From a virus (Duplodnaviria; Caudoviricetes): a stretch of 61,757 nt of DNA. The position numbers and the translations under genes are program-made. This document shows, one piece after another, positions 20,301-28,340 of this stretch. The stretch spans positions 1 to 61,757 of IMG/VR virus record IMGVR_UViG_3300030098_005510; one strand, given 5' to 3'. How positions within the stretch are numbered: the first letter of the stretch is position 1; the number at the start of each line of letters is the position of its first letter. A model generated the notes under the pieces. The model was not told where the DNA came from. It worked only from the letters and a program-made list of their open reading frames with translations, and did not search any database.

Positions 20301-21956
20301 AATTTGTTGTTTGGAGAAGAGATAACAGGTTCAATCGGTGAGATAAGAGCTTGGGATGCTTACATCAGCATGTCTAAATTTAAACAACATATTCTTAATT
20401 ACAAAAGTGTTGTTGGAGGAACTGCTACATCACCAAGAGATAATTTAATATATCATTACCCTCTTAATGATGGTTCAAATACTACAACTATAAAAGATAT
20501 ATCCTCTACAAAAAAAATAAAAAGTTTTGACAAAACAGTATCATCTCAGCCAAATTTAACCGTCAAAAGTTCTACCTCTGATGTAAAAAACTTTTCATTT
20601 CAAGTAAGAGGAAGTGATGTTGTAAAAAGTGATAGACAATATAACATTGGTTCTGATATGAAATATTATGGGGAATTAAATCCAAATACAAGAACTTTGG
20701 GATTACCTTACAATCCACAAGATAATCAAGAGGTAAATGTAAATAAAATAGGAAAATCATTTTCTTATGTAGATGCGATTGATGCCCTTGTAATAAACGC
20801 TATGTCTGATTTTGTATTAGATGATTTCTTAGATGATTATGATAACAATGGTATCTACGATGAGTTAATAACTTTAAGAAGACAACTCATTGATGAAAGA
20901 CTAATAAAAGTAGACGTAGTTAATAACTTGTCTATGGTAGAATCACATGTAGATAATCCTGAATTTATAGACTCTATGGAAAAGTTATTACCAGCAAATA
21001 CAAAGTTAGAGTTTTCATACGAAATCAAAAATGATACTCTATTTAGGTCAAGAATAAAAAGAGCTGCTTTACAGACACAACTTAATCCAAACAAAGCAGA
21101 GGGTTCAACTAATTTGACAGAACCAACTGTTAGTATAAACTTTAATGAAAACAAACACGAAAAATCGATTGATGTTTTAACTGATGAAGTTGACGTAACT
21201 GCATTGTTTAACGAAAACAAACACGAAAAATCTATTGATGTTTTAACAGACGAAGTTAGTATTACATCTACATTTAACGATAAAGTTCACACAAACGAAT
21301 CTGCTCCATTAGATATTATTGATTTGTCAGACTCTTCAAATCAAACTGTTCTTACTTTAGAACCGAGTAACTTTACTGATTTGTTACTAGGTTCTAAAAA
21401 TGAGTTTTATAAAAATCATGGTAAGAGTGAAAACCAAACTTTCTTTAAAACAGCCAATCAAGGTGCTAATGGGGATTTCAATACTTACAAATACGAAAGT
21501 AGGTTTCATTTTAGAACTATTGGTGATATAGAGGAGTTTTTTCCTGTTAGTGGAGCTCTTGAGAGTAGAACTGGCACAAATGCCAAACAACCTTTTAATC
21601 ATCATGATAATTTTAGACATTTTGGAAATCGTTATTATGTGGATAGTGGAAGTGGATACACTTACTCCTCTTTCTTTGGCAGTGATGATGCTACTGTTGA
21701 TGGTAGGATGGTAGGTAGAACACTATTCTTTAAATCAGATGATGATGGAAACATTACATACCCAATCAATCATTATTTTAAGGTAGGAACAAGTAAAGAT
21801 GCTTTAACAAATCTTATTTATAAAGGAACACAAAATGATGGATTTCCTGAATCACAATTTGATCCTGAATTAGATGTTTTACCTAGAGTTTCAGCATATA
21901 AAATCAATGTAGGTGGTTCGGATACTAAAAATAAATTAAAAGTAACACGAGGTTAA
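17346..21956 (+). CDS. Large baseplate wedge/tail protein (gp7/P2 I-like segment plus LamG-like domain)
   Basis: FVNMLGEQFD...LLPIIGNSLGFD...YIYKTKGTQESINTLLSLYG, then a LamG-like region (GSIGEIRAWD...LIYHYPLN). Confidence 0.6.
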   Translation: MEILQPYNNNTLQLISDENSYEFTPDLLQSGVIKLSVFSDVGGFLDSSILEEGVDFYVRDNDLFLKPNEFLDRTGFSEDNYNLQYDFLNRLDTSDFNISEISPSRQEIRINIVGSEIDDDTQDVIVNFMQGDEDTYQFNSYLELSQGRLIPINGYAFDNVTGNKRTLIVKLNQPLPNDIPTLSTDFNISNKFLSSQTETIFFIDREGLAISGLGLAIDEGYSTTPTHEEDSYVNYNNITASSGENIVEEITRQQKDLNLNIDYKKFDGHVFFGSAKSKLEGFKNKAVRLDGLFTQLSQSLAFSSSLKVVERRKHLFKEIRKIEDEFTHYEHFVYNDGQSYSTSSAPGVSNNLAGTNYTNLVNNDFTKLQNQEGFDRVYKKSEDGFIHLFTDVYNVEQPPFYNSDDEFYLSFILRGGGADSEYELNFASGGFANERYDRSGGDEVGNYGYFNGRQIPFNAWNGSVLANPETTGSHYQRYIFQAKQQFFRPVKSGDFGLITGLEDYSSDSTSWEILSGSNPISASTSGSIGDGFAYGFFDLTGVYNSYVFPNQIQDDGTLGMQDFVTGSILPQGDLFPLFTQESGDKEAFFTDVVVTKNNPTNIHPFSKIYRPPSGSYAGSSEWNDWYDTMHDIASDYDDNNIHSLVNNLPTFLREGSDHQTLRDFVNMLGEQFDLLRSYVDNYHNIYKLGYTNPNAMPDNLLPIIGNSLGFDLRNPLTGSLDNYLESTRGDEIGDKTAINSLWTKILNNLVYIYKTKGTQESINTLLSLYGYDPTSFKLTEYGGSREEHNPSVVTNNVANDLENGLKNVVGNVSFRESVDAFKSLNLSSGSDRLAVDWWSNDAEPNGIEFIFRTTNTNNHQTLIRSSGSVAGEDHWDLRIIPFGSSTTTGSIQFRLNNSENASSVIASNAISMSTDNINDINNNKFINVFLQRDKVTSSFAVTQSYHMFIGRKDGDKIKNIQHISMSSFNTHANQNFITSSGQSNNNLLFGEEITGSIGEIRAWDAYISMSKFKQHILNYKSVVGGTATSPRDNLIYHYPLNDGSNTTTIKDISSTKKIKSFDKTVSSQPNLTVKSSTSDVKNFSFQVRGSDVVKSDRQYNIGSDMKYYGELNPNTRTLGLPYNPQDNQEVNVNKIGKSFSYVDAIDALVINAMSDFVLDDFLDDYDNNGIYDELITLRRQLIDERLIKVDVVNNLSMVESHVDNPEFIDSMEKLLPANTKLEFSYEIKNDTLFRSRIKRAALQTQLNPNKAEGSTNLTEPTVSINFNENKHEKSIDVLTDEVDVTALFNENKHEKSIDVLTDEVSITSTFNDKVHTNESAPLDIIDLSDSSNQTVLTLEPSNFTDLLLGSKNEFYKNHGKSENQTFFKTANQGANGDFNTYKYESRFHFRTIGDIEEFFPVSGALESRTGTNAKQPFNHHDNFRHFGNRYYVDSGSGYTYSSFFGSDDATVDGRMVGRTLFFKSDDDGNITYPINHYFKVGTSKDALTNLIYKGTQNDGFPESQFDPELDVLPRVSAYKINVGGSDTKNKLKVTRG
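21141..21290 (+). repeat. 66-bp-period coding duplication (FNENKHEKSIDVLTDEV twice, plus a partial third copy)
   Basis: Copies at 21141 and 21207, and a partial one at 21273. Confidence 0.8.
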
Positions 21957-21971
21957 AAAATAATTTAGATA

Positions 21972-21978
21972 TATTTAT
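21972..21978 (+). promoter_or_regulatory. Putative late promoter TATTTAT
   Basis: Intergenic, upstream of the RBS of the 22012 gene. Confidence 0.5.
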
Positions 21979-22011
21979 AAATAAGTAATATTATAACTTA
22001 AAGGATTTATT

Positions 22012-22701
22012 ATGGGAATTTTAGACAACGATACAGTAATAGTAGATGCCATTCTAACCAAGTTAGGTCGTCAGAAGTTAGCAAATGGTCAACCATTAGG
22101 TGTTACACAATACGCTTTTGGAGATACGGGTGTTGATTACACTCTTTATAATGCTTCACATCCAAGTGGTTCAGATTCATATGGAAATGCTATCACCTCT
22201 CTTCCAATGTTAGAAGCTGTACCAGATGACAATGTATTTTTAAGATTTAGATTATATGGAGAAGGTGAAAGGAATGTAGAAAACTTTTCCTTCATCACAG
22301 TAACAAGCGGAACTTCTGTTACAATAACAAAAGTGCCTGGTGAAACTGAGAGTAATCCTATTACAATAATCCCAAGAATTTTTCCCGTACCAGACTTTTC
22401 TCTATTTACTTTCAAAATTTTAGACGCTAGAGGATTAACTGTAAGAAGAGGAAGTGGAGCCGAAATGCCAGATGATGCGATTACTTTTTCTGGTGATTAC
22501 AGTCTTGATAATCTACCATCATTTTCAGTACCAGAGCCTGTTATTGCTACTGTTTTGGGAACTGGTATTAATCGTATCACTCTTAATGCTCAACCACAAC
22601 AAATAACTTCACCGAGAACTATCGGTGTTGAAATCACAGCACAAGGTGCTGCTTCGGCATTCGTAAGTGTAACAATTGATGCAAATAACACAACAGCATA
22701 G
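22012..22701 (+). CDS. Putative virion structural protein
   Basis: MGILDNDTVIVDAILTKLGRQKLA...FGDTGVDYTLY. AAGGA RBS. Tail context. Confidence 0.65.
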   Translation: MGILDNDTVIVDAILTKLGRQKLANGQPLGVTQYAFGDTGVDYTLYNASHPSGSDSYGNAITSLPMLEAVPDDNVFLRFRLYGEGERNVENFSFITVTSGTSVTITKVPGETESNPITIIPRIFPVPDFSLFTFKILDARGLTVRRGSGAEMPDDAITFSGDYSLDNLPSFSVPEPVIATVLGTGINRITLNAQPQQITSPRTIGVEITAQGAASAFVSVTIDANNTTA

Positions 22702-22711
22702 GATTTGAACC

Positions 22712-23776
22712 ATGATGAAAACATTTAATATAGCAGAAGATACTATAACAACACAGATTACTGTGACCAACGGATTTTTTGATGGTGGTGTTGGAACACT
22801 TGATGGTTCTAATTTAACAACCTCTTCGTTATCTGCTACACAGAAATCTTACTACTACAATCTACAATTTAACTCAAAAGACCATTTTAGTATAACCTAC
22901 GGTCACAAAGGTGGTAGTGGTTCAGCTGAAGAATCAGCAACTGTCGAAGGAACAACACAGGCAATATATAAACAATTTTTTAATTTTGTTGAACCAAATG
23001 CTGAAAATATAAGAGATGATGTTGGCTGGTCAATGATTGATGGAACTGATGGTACTAATGCTGTAACTCAAAATGATGTCTATATCTTGGCGGCTGAAAG
23101 ACTACAAATGAAAGACAGATTAAATCCTGGTACTTGGACAATTACCCTTTCAGGCTCTAATACTGTTGGTGTTGGTAAGAATTTAGAATTAACAGATGAT
23201 TCTAAAACTGTAAATGCGACATCTGTTCCATTCGGACCAAGACATAATATTGTATCTGGTTCTGCTGGAACTGTTAAGCTTGCTCACACCACTAAAACCT
23301 ACGGATTCTTTTATCCAGATGCTGGATTAATGGTATTTAGTGCTAATGCTCTTTCATCAAGTTTACCAGGTACTGTTGGATTTATACAAAGTGGAAGTTC
23401 TCATCCCACTGCTATAGGTGGTACTGGTTTAACATCAGATACTAGAGTTGCTGAGGCTGTTGACAATGCTCACAAATTAACACAAGCTATACAATTAGGT
23501 TCAACAACTCTTCGTTCGGAAGAACAACAATATATTTACGATTACTTTTGTAGAGCTAAGGCAACTGAGTTTAACTTATCTCAAAACTTAACTTTTTGGA
23601 GTGGTTCAACTTACGCTATCAGACATGATGATATGGTGAGTAATCCTCAAACTTTTATTAGTGAAGTTGGGTTGTATGATAATCAAAACTCACTTATGGC
23701 AGTAGGTAGATTAAGTTCACCGATAAATAAAAACTTTAGTTCTGAAGCAATCGTCAAGGTTCGCTTGACTTACTAA
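22712..23776 (+). CDS. Putative tail/baseplate structural protein
   Basis: C-terminal FISEVGLYD...LMAVGRLSSPINK motif, shared with the next gene. Confidence 0.65.
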   Translation: MMKTFNIAEDTITTQITVTNGFFDGGVGTLDGSNLTTSSLSATQKSYYYNLQFNSKDHFSITYGHKGGSGSAEESATVEGTTQAIYKQFFNFVEPNAENIRDDVGWSMIDGTDGTNAVTQNDVYILAAERLQMKDRLNPGTWTITLSGSNTVGVGKNLELTDDSKTVNATSVPFGPRHNIVSGSAGTVKLAHTTKTYGFFYPDAGLMVFSANALSSSLPGTVGFIQSGSSHPTAIGGTGLTSDTRVAEAVDNAHKLTQAIQLGSTTLRSEEQQYIYDYFCRAKATEFNLSQNLTFWSGSTYAIRHDDMVSNPQTFISEVGLYDNQNSLMAVGRLSSPINKNFSSEAIVKVRLTY

Positions 23777-23785
23777 TGTCATGGG

Positions 23786-24598
23786 ATGCTTAAACAATTC
23801 ACACCTGAAAATCAGAATACTTACGAGTACAAGGCACATAAGTCATTTACTTTAACTCAGGCAGATGTCACACGACATCAGTTTTTAAACAACTCATCAA
23901 ACGAAGTATCTAAAAGTTATTATGACTTTGCTCGTATAAATTTTTATCTTAGTGGTTCTACCGTTGATAGCTATGGTAAAGGGTTTAATATAGGAAACGA
24001 TGGTTCTGGTTATGACACCTTTTTAACAAAGTTTTATGATACTGGTTCAATTGTTTTTATACCACAAAATAAATTTGATGTAGAAATAAAAAGAGGTAGT
24101 TTTCAGTTAATTGACACTACTACAAATGCTATCATAGTAGACGATAGTAATGGAAATCTTTATTCTACAAATGCTACATTTTCACAATCGGTGTCAGCAC
24201 TATCATCATCCGACAACTATGTAGGAAATATTTTTTATAATGTTGGTGCTTTTGCCATCACAGAAACAGCTTCATTTGATGGCTCACAAAATTATACAGA
24301 TGTAACAAGTGGTGACTATACAATTACATACAAGGGTACAGCTGTAATAAATACATATGAATGGACTTGTGATGCTCAACCAGATGAGTTGAATGACACA
24401 ACTAATGCTACGGTGTTTCATAGTAATGGATTAGGGCAATTAAAAGATAATTTAACAAGTAGTAATTTTCCAACTTATATAACAGAAGTAGGATTGTATG
24501 ATGACCAAAACAGTTTGGTGGGTTATGCTAAACTTTCTAAAGCAATACCTAAAAGTCAAAAGATACCAATGAAATTTTTATTAAGAATGGATTACTAA
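23786..24598 (+). CDS. Putative tail/baseplate structural protein (paralogous C-terminus)
   Basis: YITEVGLYD...LVGYAKLSKAIPK, paralogous to the preceding gene. Confidence 0.65.
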   Translation: MLKQFTPENQNTYEYKAHKSFTLTQADVTRHQFLNNSSNEVSKSYYDFARINFYLSGSTVDSYGKGFNIGNDGSGYDTFLTKFYDTGSIVFIPQNKFDVEIKRGSFQLIDTTTNAIIVDDSNGNLYSTNATFSQSVSALSSSDNYVGNIFYNVGAFAITETASFDGSQNYTDVTSGDYTITYKGTAVINTYEWTCDAQPDELNDTTNATVFHSNGLGQLKDNLTSSNFPTYITEVGLYDDQNSLVGYAKLSKAIPKSQKIPMKFLLRMDY

Positions 24599-24605
24599 TA
24601 CTTAT
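24599..24605 (+). promoter_or_regulatory. Putative late promoter variant TACTTAT
   Basis: Intergenic, upstream of the AGGAG RBS of the envelope operon. Confidence 0.35.
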
Positions 24606-24630
24606 TAGTGTAACTTATAGGAGAAATATA

Positions 24631-24921
24631 ATGGAAAGTCCAATATCAAAATTTGTAAACTGGCAACTATCAACTGGTCAACTTGACCATTGGACATCTT
24701 ATCATATAGCAGCCGGTTTGGCTATTGCAAAAATAGCTCAATGGTTGGGTTCATCCGATTTATGGGCAGTTCTTTGGGTACTAATCATTGGAATTGCTTG
24801 GGAAATATTTGAATATATCATAGAGGATTGGAGAGTCTATGGTAGTAAAAAGAAATGGGCTTGGAACACTGCAGCCGACATCATAGTCGAAGTTGGTGCA
24901 GCGTGGTGGATGGTTCTTTAA
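24631..24921 (+). CDS. Small integral membrane protein (VanZ/YfiM-like D-H...E...D pattern)
   Basis: LDHWTSYH...AWEIFE...NTAADII within hydrophobic helices. AGGAG RBS. Confidence 0.65.
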   Translation: MESPISKFVNWQLSTGQLDHWTSYHIAAGLAIAKIAQWLGSSDLWAVLWVLIIGIAWEIFEYIIEDWRVYGSKKKWAWNTAADIIVEVGAAWWMVL

Positions 24922-24942
24922 AATTAACTTAGGAGAAAACAG

Positions 24943-26238
24943 ATGTTAAAGAAAATTATATTAGGGATACTGCTATCCTCATCTTTGTTTAGTCAGAACT
25001 TTTTTACTAACTTTTTTAAGTATTCCACAGCTTATTCAAGTTTTAGTTTAAATGCTCCTCGCTATCAAGATGATAGATTTGCCATTGTTGGTGGTCTATC
25101 AACTGGTGTGTTGCAAGTAGAACGAACTGAAAGAGAATTAAAACCTGATTTTCAAACCTCATTTGGACTTCGTAAGATTGGTAGATTTCAGTACGAAGCT
25201 AAAAGAGGTGTAAAGTCTGCGGGAAAAGGTGGTGTTTGGTATGATGGCTCAGAACAAAATGCTAACGAAAGTGCTACATTTGGTCCTGTTAAGGGTTGGG
25301 AATACTTAATAAAATTTTCAGAAGGTAGACAATGGGGTAATGAATATTTAAACCAAGAATATTGGTTGAGATATATTGGTGACTTTGTTATGGCAAAAGT
25401 TGGATGGACTGAATTAGGTCTTGAAGATATTGCTTATGGACAAGGTGACATTAGATTACATCTAACACCAGAAGCATTAGGAAACAAACTACATTTCTCT
25501 GTTGGTCTAAAACACAGACAACATCCTGTGTATGGATTTGATGCTATGGTATTAGATACTACTTGGTATAAAGGTCAATGGTGGAACTTTGCTGAAGATG
25601 CTTTTGGTATAGATGACAATATGTGGTATGACTCAACTATGATTGACCCGAACTCACCCACTGGTTGGGAGAAGAGAACACTATACGAGGTTGATCCTGT
25701 AACAGGTGAAATCAGAGAGGTGGAAGGTTCTGGTCCTTTTTGGAATGAAGGTGGAGAGTATTGGGGACACGATTGGTTGTGGAGAGATGAAGAAGGTAGA
25801 ATATTTGCTTATACAGATAGAGAATATTTTATTTACCACTTTCCAAAAATGTTAGAAAATTACATAGGTGGTGTTAAAAAAGATTTAGGATATCAAAGTG
25901 AAACATCTTTAGTTTTAGGTGTTGATTGGTATCACTATGATGAAAAGTGGTGGTTACATGCTTGGGGTAATTGGCTACCTTATCACTATGGTCATTCAAA
26001 ACACGCATATCATAATGCTGCTCATTATCAAACTCATTTGGAAGAGGGTGGTGAAGCAAGTGATTTTATGTATATGAATTCAATGTGGCACGATTGGAAT
26101 GATTATGATATTGGTGCTATATTAGGTGTAAAAATAAAAGAAAACTTAGGTGTATTCACCGAAGGTCGTTATCTGTATTATTGGGAAAGACCAGCATATG
26201 ATATTAAATTTGGTCTTAATTATCAATTCTTAAACTAG
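24943..26238 (+). CDS. Secreted protein, probable outer-membrane beta-barrel
   Basis: Sec signal peptide, aromatic-rich alternating strands, and C-terminal YDIKFGLNYQF resembling a beta-signal. Confidence 0.6.
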   Translation: MLKKIILGILLSSSLFSQNFFTNFFKYSTAYSSFSLNAPRYQDDRFAIVGGLSTGVLQVERTERELKPDFQTSFGLRKIGRFQYEAKRGVKSAGKGGVWYDGSEQNANESATFGPVKGWEYLIKFSEGRQWGNEYLNQEYWLRYIGDFVMAKVGWTELGLEDIAYGQGDIRLHLTPEALGNKLHFSVGLKHRQHPVYGFDAMVLDTTWYKGQWWNFAEDAFGIDDNMWYDSTMIDPNSPTGWEKRTLYEVDPVTGEIREVEGSGPFWNEGGEYWGHDWLWRDEEGRIFAYTDREYFIYHFPKMLENYIGGVKKDLGYQSETSLVLGVDWYHYDEKWWLHAWGNWLPYHYGHSKHAYHNAAHYQTHLEEGGEASDFMYMNSMWHDWNDYDIGAILGVKIKENLGVFTEGRYLYYWERPAYDIKFGLNYQFLN

Positions 26239-26247
26239 GAGATAACT

Positions 26248-26298
26248 ATGTGTGACTGTTGTGGATGTGATTATAATTGTAATTGTGGAAAAAAATAA
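26248..26298 (+). CDS. 16-aa cysteine-rich micropeptide MCDCCGCDYNCNCGKK
   Basis: AGGAGA RBS (26237-26242) 5 nt before the ATG. The stop abuts ATG 26299. Six of 16 residues are Cys. Confidence 0.6.
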   Translation: MCDCCGCDYNCNCGKK

Positions 26299-26940
26299 AT
26301 GAATGGTGACATCAAAATCGGTAAGTTGTTGTGTGATGAGGATATCATCACTAAAAGACAACTCAACAAAGCCTTACAAGTTCAGGTAAAAGGAGACAAA
26401 CGTACTATTGGTGAAATACTTGTAGACCAAGGTTTTTGCGATTTTGATGACATCACTAACGCATTATTAAACCACGATTCAGACACGGAGAAACACGAAG
26501 AAAAGTCAGAAAAGATACATGTTGAACCCACGCCAATAAAAGAAAAACCTAAAGAAAAATCAAAATCAAAGAAAAAAGAACCTATAGAAATAAGTGAAGA
26601 TAAAGTATTAGATACTAAATTCACATTATCTGTACAAACAATGATAGCAGCTGGAACTGGTCTAGCTTCATTGATTGGTATGTGGTATACTCTACAAGGT
26701 GAAATTGAAGAAGCAAAAGAATTACCTAAAATAGATATAGAAAAAATTTTTACGGATGAATACCCATCCAAACCTGATGGTCATAATTGGCCACGGTCAT
26801 ATGAACAATATAAGAACCAAGTTGGAGGTCTACAAGAAGATATGGATGCTGTATATGACGCACTAGATGAGTATGAAGAACTCATCAAAGAATTACAAAA
26901 AGATATCAAAGACCTTGAACGAAGGAAAAGGGATAAATAG
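26299..26940 (+). CDS. MshEN-like (PilB/GspE N-terminal) domain, TM helix and coiled coil
   Basis: Tandem 24-residue motifs KIGKLLCDEDIITKRQLNKALQVQ and TIGEILVDQGFCDFDDITNALLNH. TM segment at MIAAGTGLASLIGMWYTL. Confidence 0.7.
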   Translation: MNGDIKIGKLLCDEDIITKRQLNKALQVQVKGDKRTIGEILVDQGFCDFDDITNALLNHDSDTEKHEEKSEKIHVEPTPIKEKPKEKSKSKKKEPIEISEDKVLDTKFTLSVQTMIAAGTGLASLIGMWYTLQGEIEEAKELPKIDIEKIFTDEYPSKPDGHNWPRSYEQYKNQVGGLQEDMDAVYDALDEYEELIKELQKDIKDLERRKRDK

Positions 26941-26949
26941 GAGTCTGTT

Positions 26950-27324
26950 ATGAGAAACATATTAACATTATTACTATTTCTGTCTGTTACATTTTCACAA
27001 GTAAATGACAAGAACTTCAAATCAGAAATCAATGGCGGAATAGTAGTTGCTATCTTTTCATCTGAATGGCAAGAACAAGATGTCGATGAAAAGATACTGA
27101 AGGGTGTTAGTGGATATCAAGATTGTAAAATAATTAGAGTCAAGAGTGAAGATGCTCCGAAGGTTGTAAAAAAATTAAGATTTAGAAACTTTCCATCAAT
27201 GGCATTATTCTATGATGGTTCTAAGAAAGAAACTTGGAAGGCTGATATGGATGGTGAACTTGATATCAGTAATAAAGATATAAAAGGTGCTATAGATGAT
27301 ATTTTATCAGAAGATGTATTTTAG
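26950..27324 (+). CDS. Secreted thioredoxin-fold protein lacking CxxC
   Basis: Signal peptide. VNDKNFKSEI...VVAIFSSEW...FRNFPSMALFYDG follows the thioredoxin pattern without catalytic cysteines. Confidence 0.65.
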   Translation: MRNILTLLLFLSVTFSQVNDKNFKSEINGGIVVAIFSSEWQEQDVDEKILKGVSGYQDCKIIRVKSEDAPKVVKKLRFRNFPSMALFYDGSKKETWKADMDGELDISNKDIKGAIDDILSEDVF

Positions 27325-27333
27325 GAGAACAAA

Positions 27334-27897
27334 ATGAAAAAACTACTTTTACTTTCTTTTTTACTATTTTCACTCAGTTGTGAAGATTACAGAGAGGAGT
27401 CCTCAGAACCATCTATGCAGTTATGGGTAAATGGTGACTACATAAATCCGTACACTTATTATAAACAAATAAATACTTATGGTGAGAAAAAAGTAGGTGA
27501 TGATGGCAAAATCAAAAAACTATTTGTTCTTCATTTACAAAGAGAAATAGGTAGAGTTTTACCAGAGTTAGAACACTACGCTGGTATATGGTATGATGAA
27601 GATGGTGAGGATAATAAAGCGTTAATCGATGCGGGTTTGTATCTGAACTATGGACCAACGGATACATTGGCTCACACAAGAGAACAAACGATGAACATGG
27701 AGATTATTGGTAGCTTAGACTATACAGAATTCGCACAATCAGAAATATATGTAAATGATGATAATAAAATTTCAGGAATGGCTAATGGTAAGTTTTTTAA
27801 TCCATATAGAAATGAAATGCAAATTGGGTTACTAATTTTTGAGAATATAGAAATCGGAACAGATCCGGAAGCTACATTTTATCAAGGAGATTATTGA
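27334..27897 (+). CDS. Lipoprotein
   Basis: MKKLLLLSFLLFSLSC lipobox-type signal. AGGAG RBS. Confidence 0.75.
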   Translation: MKKLLLLSFLLFSLSCEDYREESSEPSMQLWVNGDYINPYTYYKQINTYGEKKVGDDGKIKKLFVLHLQREIGRVLPELEHYAGIWYDEDGEDNKALIDAGLYLNYGPTDTLAHTREQTMNMEIIGSLDYTEFAQSEIYVNDDNKISGMANGKFFNPYRNEMQIGLLIFENIEIGTDPEATFYQGDY

Positions 27898-28163
27898 TGA
27901 GTAAATTTAATGATTTTATGTTACAATGGGGTGTGGATAAGTTTTTACATTTTATGGCAGGTGCTGCTGGATTTGCTATAACAGAGTCGTGGATAGTGTT
28001 GAGTATACTAGCATTTGGTAAAGAAATATATGATAAATACAATTCATCAAGTGGTTGGAGTAATCCTGATGCCTTTGCTACTGTGTTGGGTGGTGTTGTA
28101 GCATTTGTTGGTATTATTTGTTGGGATTTTGTTACAAGTAAATTACCGTTTGTAATTTATTGA
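27894..28163 (+). CDS. Small membrane protein (YfiM/VanZ-like)
   Basis: DKFLHF...GKEIYD...GWS-x-x-DAFATVLG pattern. Confidence 0.65.
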   Translation: MMSKFNDFMLQWGVDKFLHFMAGAAGFAITESWIVLSILAFGKEIYDKYNSSSGWSNPDAFATVLGGVVAFVGIICWDFVTSKLPFVIY

Positions 28164-28170
28164 TACACTT

Positions 28171-28186
28171 TGTAACAAGTGTAACA
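28171..28186. promoter_or_regulatory. Putative sigma54 activator (bEBP) binding site TGT-N10-ACA
   Basis: TGT AACAAGTGTA ACA, about 105-120 bp upstream of the -24/-12 box. Related half-sites at 28130 and 28161. Confidence 0.45.
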
Positions 28187-28191
28187 TTTTG

Positions 28192-28224
28192 AAAACCTCA
28201 TTTTTAAATGGGGTTTTTTATTTA
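28192..28224 (+). terminator. Intrinsic terminator
   Basis: AAAACCTCATT-ttta-AATGGGGTTTT followed by a T-rich tail. Separates the envelope operon from the pilin operon. Confidence 0.75.
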
Positions 28225-28289
28225 TACTCTAAATTCAATAATATCAACATTACAAAAAAAAATAAAAAAATTGGCAAAAACAAACACTT

Positions 28290-28305
28290 TGGTACAGTTA
28301 TTGTA
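28290..28305 (+). promoter_or_regulatory. Sigma54-type promoter (-24/-12)
   Basis: TGGTAC-AGTTA-TTGTA against consensus TGGCAC-N5-TTGCW. GG-N10 spacing is kept, but the -12 GC is GT. Confidence 0.55.
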
Positions 28306-28340
28306 CTATATAAGTAACAACAACATATAGGAGAGCTGAA

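Noticed and set aside
26950-27324. Active thioredoxin or second selenoprotein
   Set aside because: The active-site position reads SEWQEQD, with no CxxC and no in-frame TGA.
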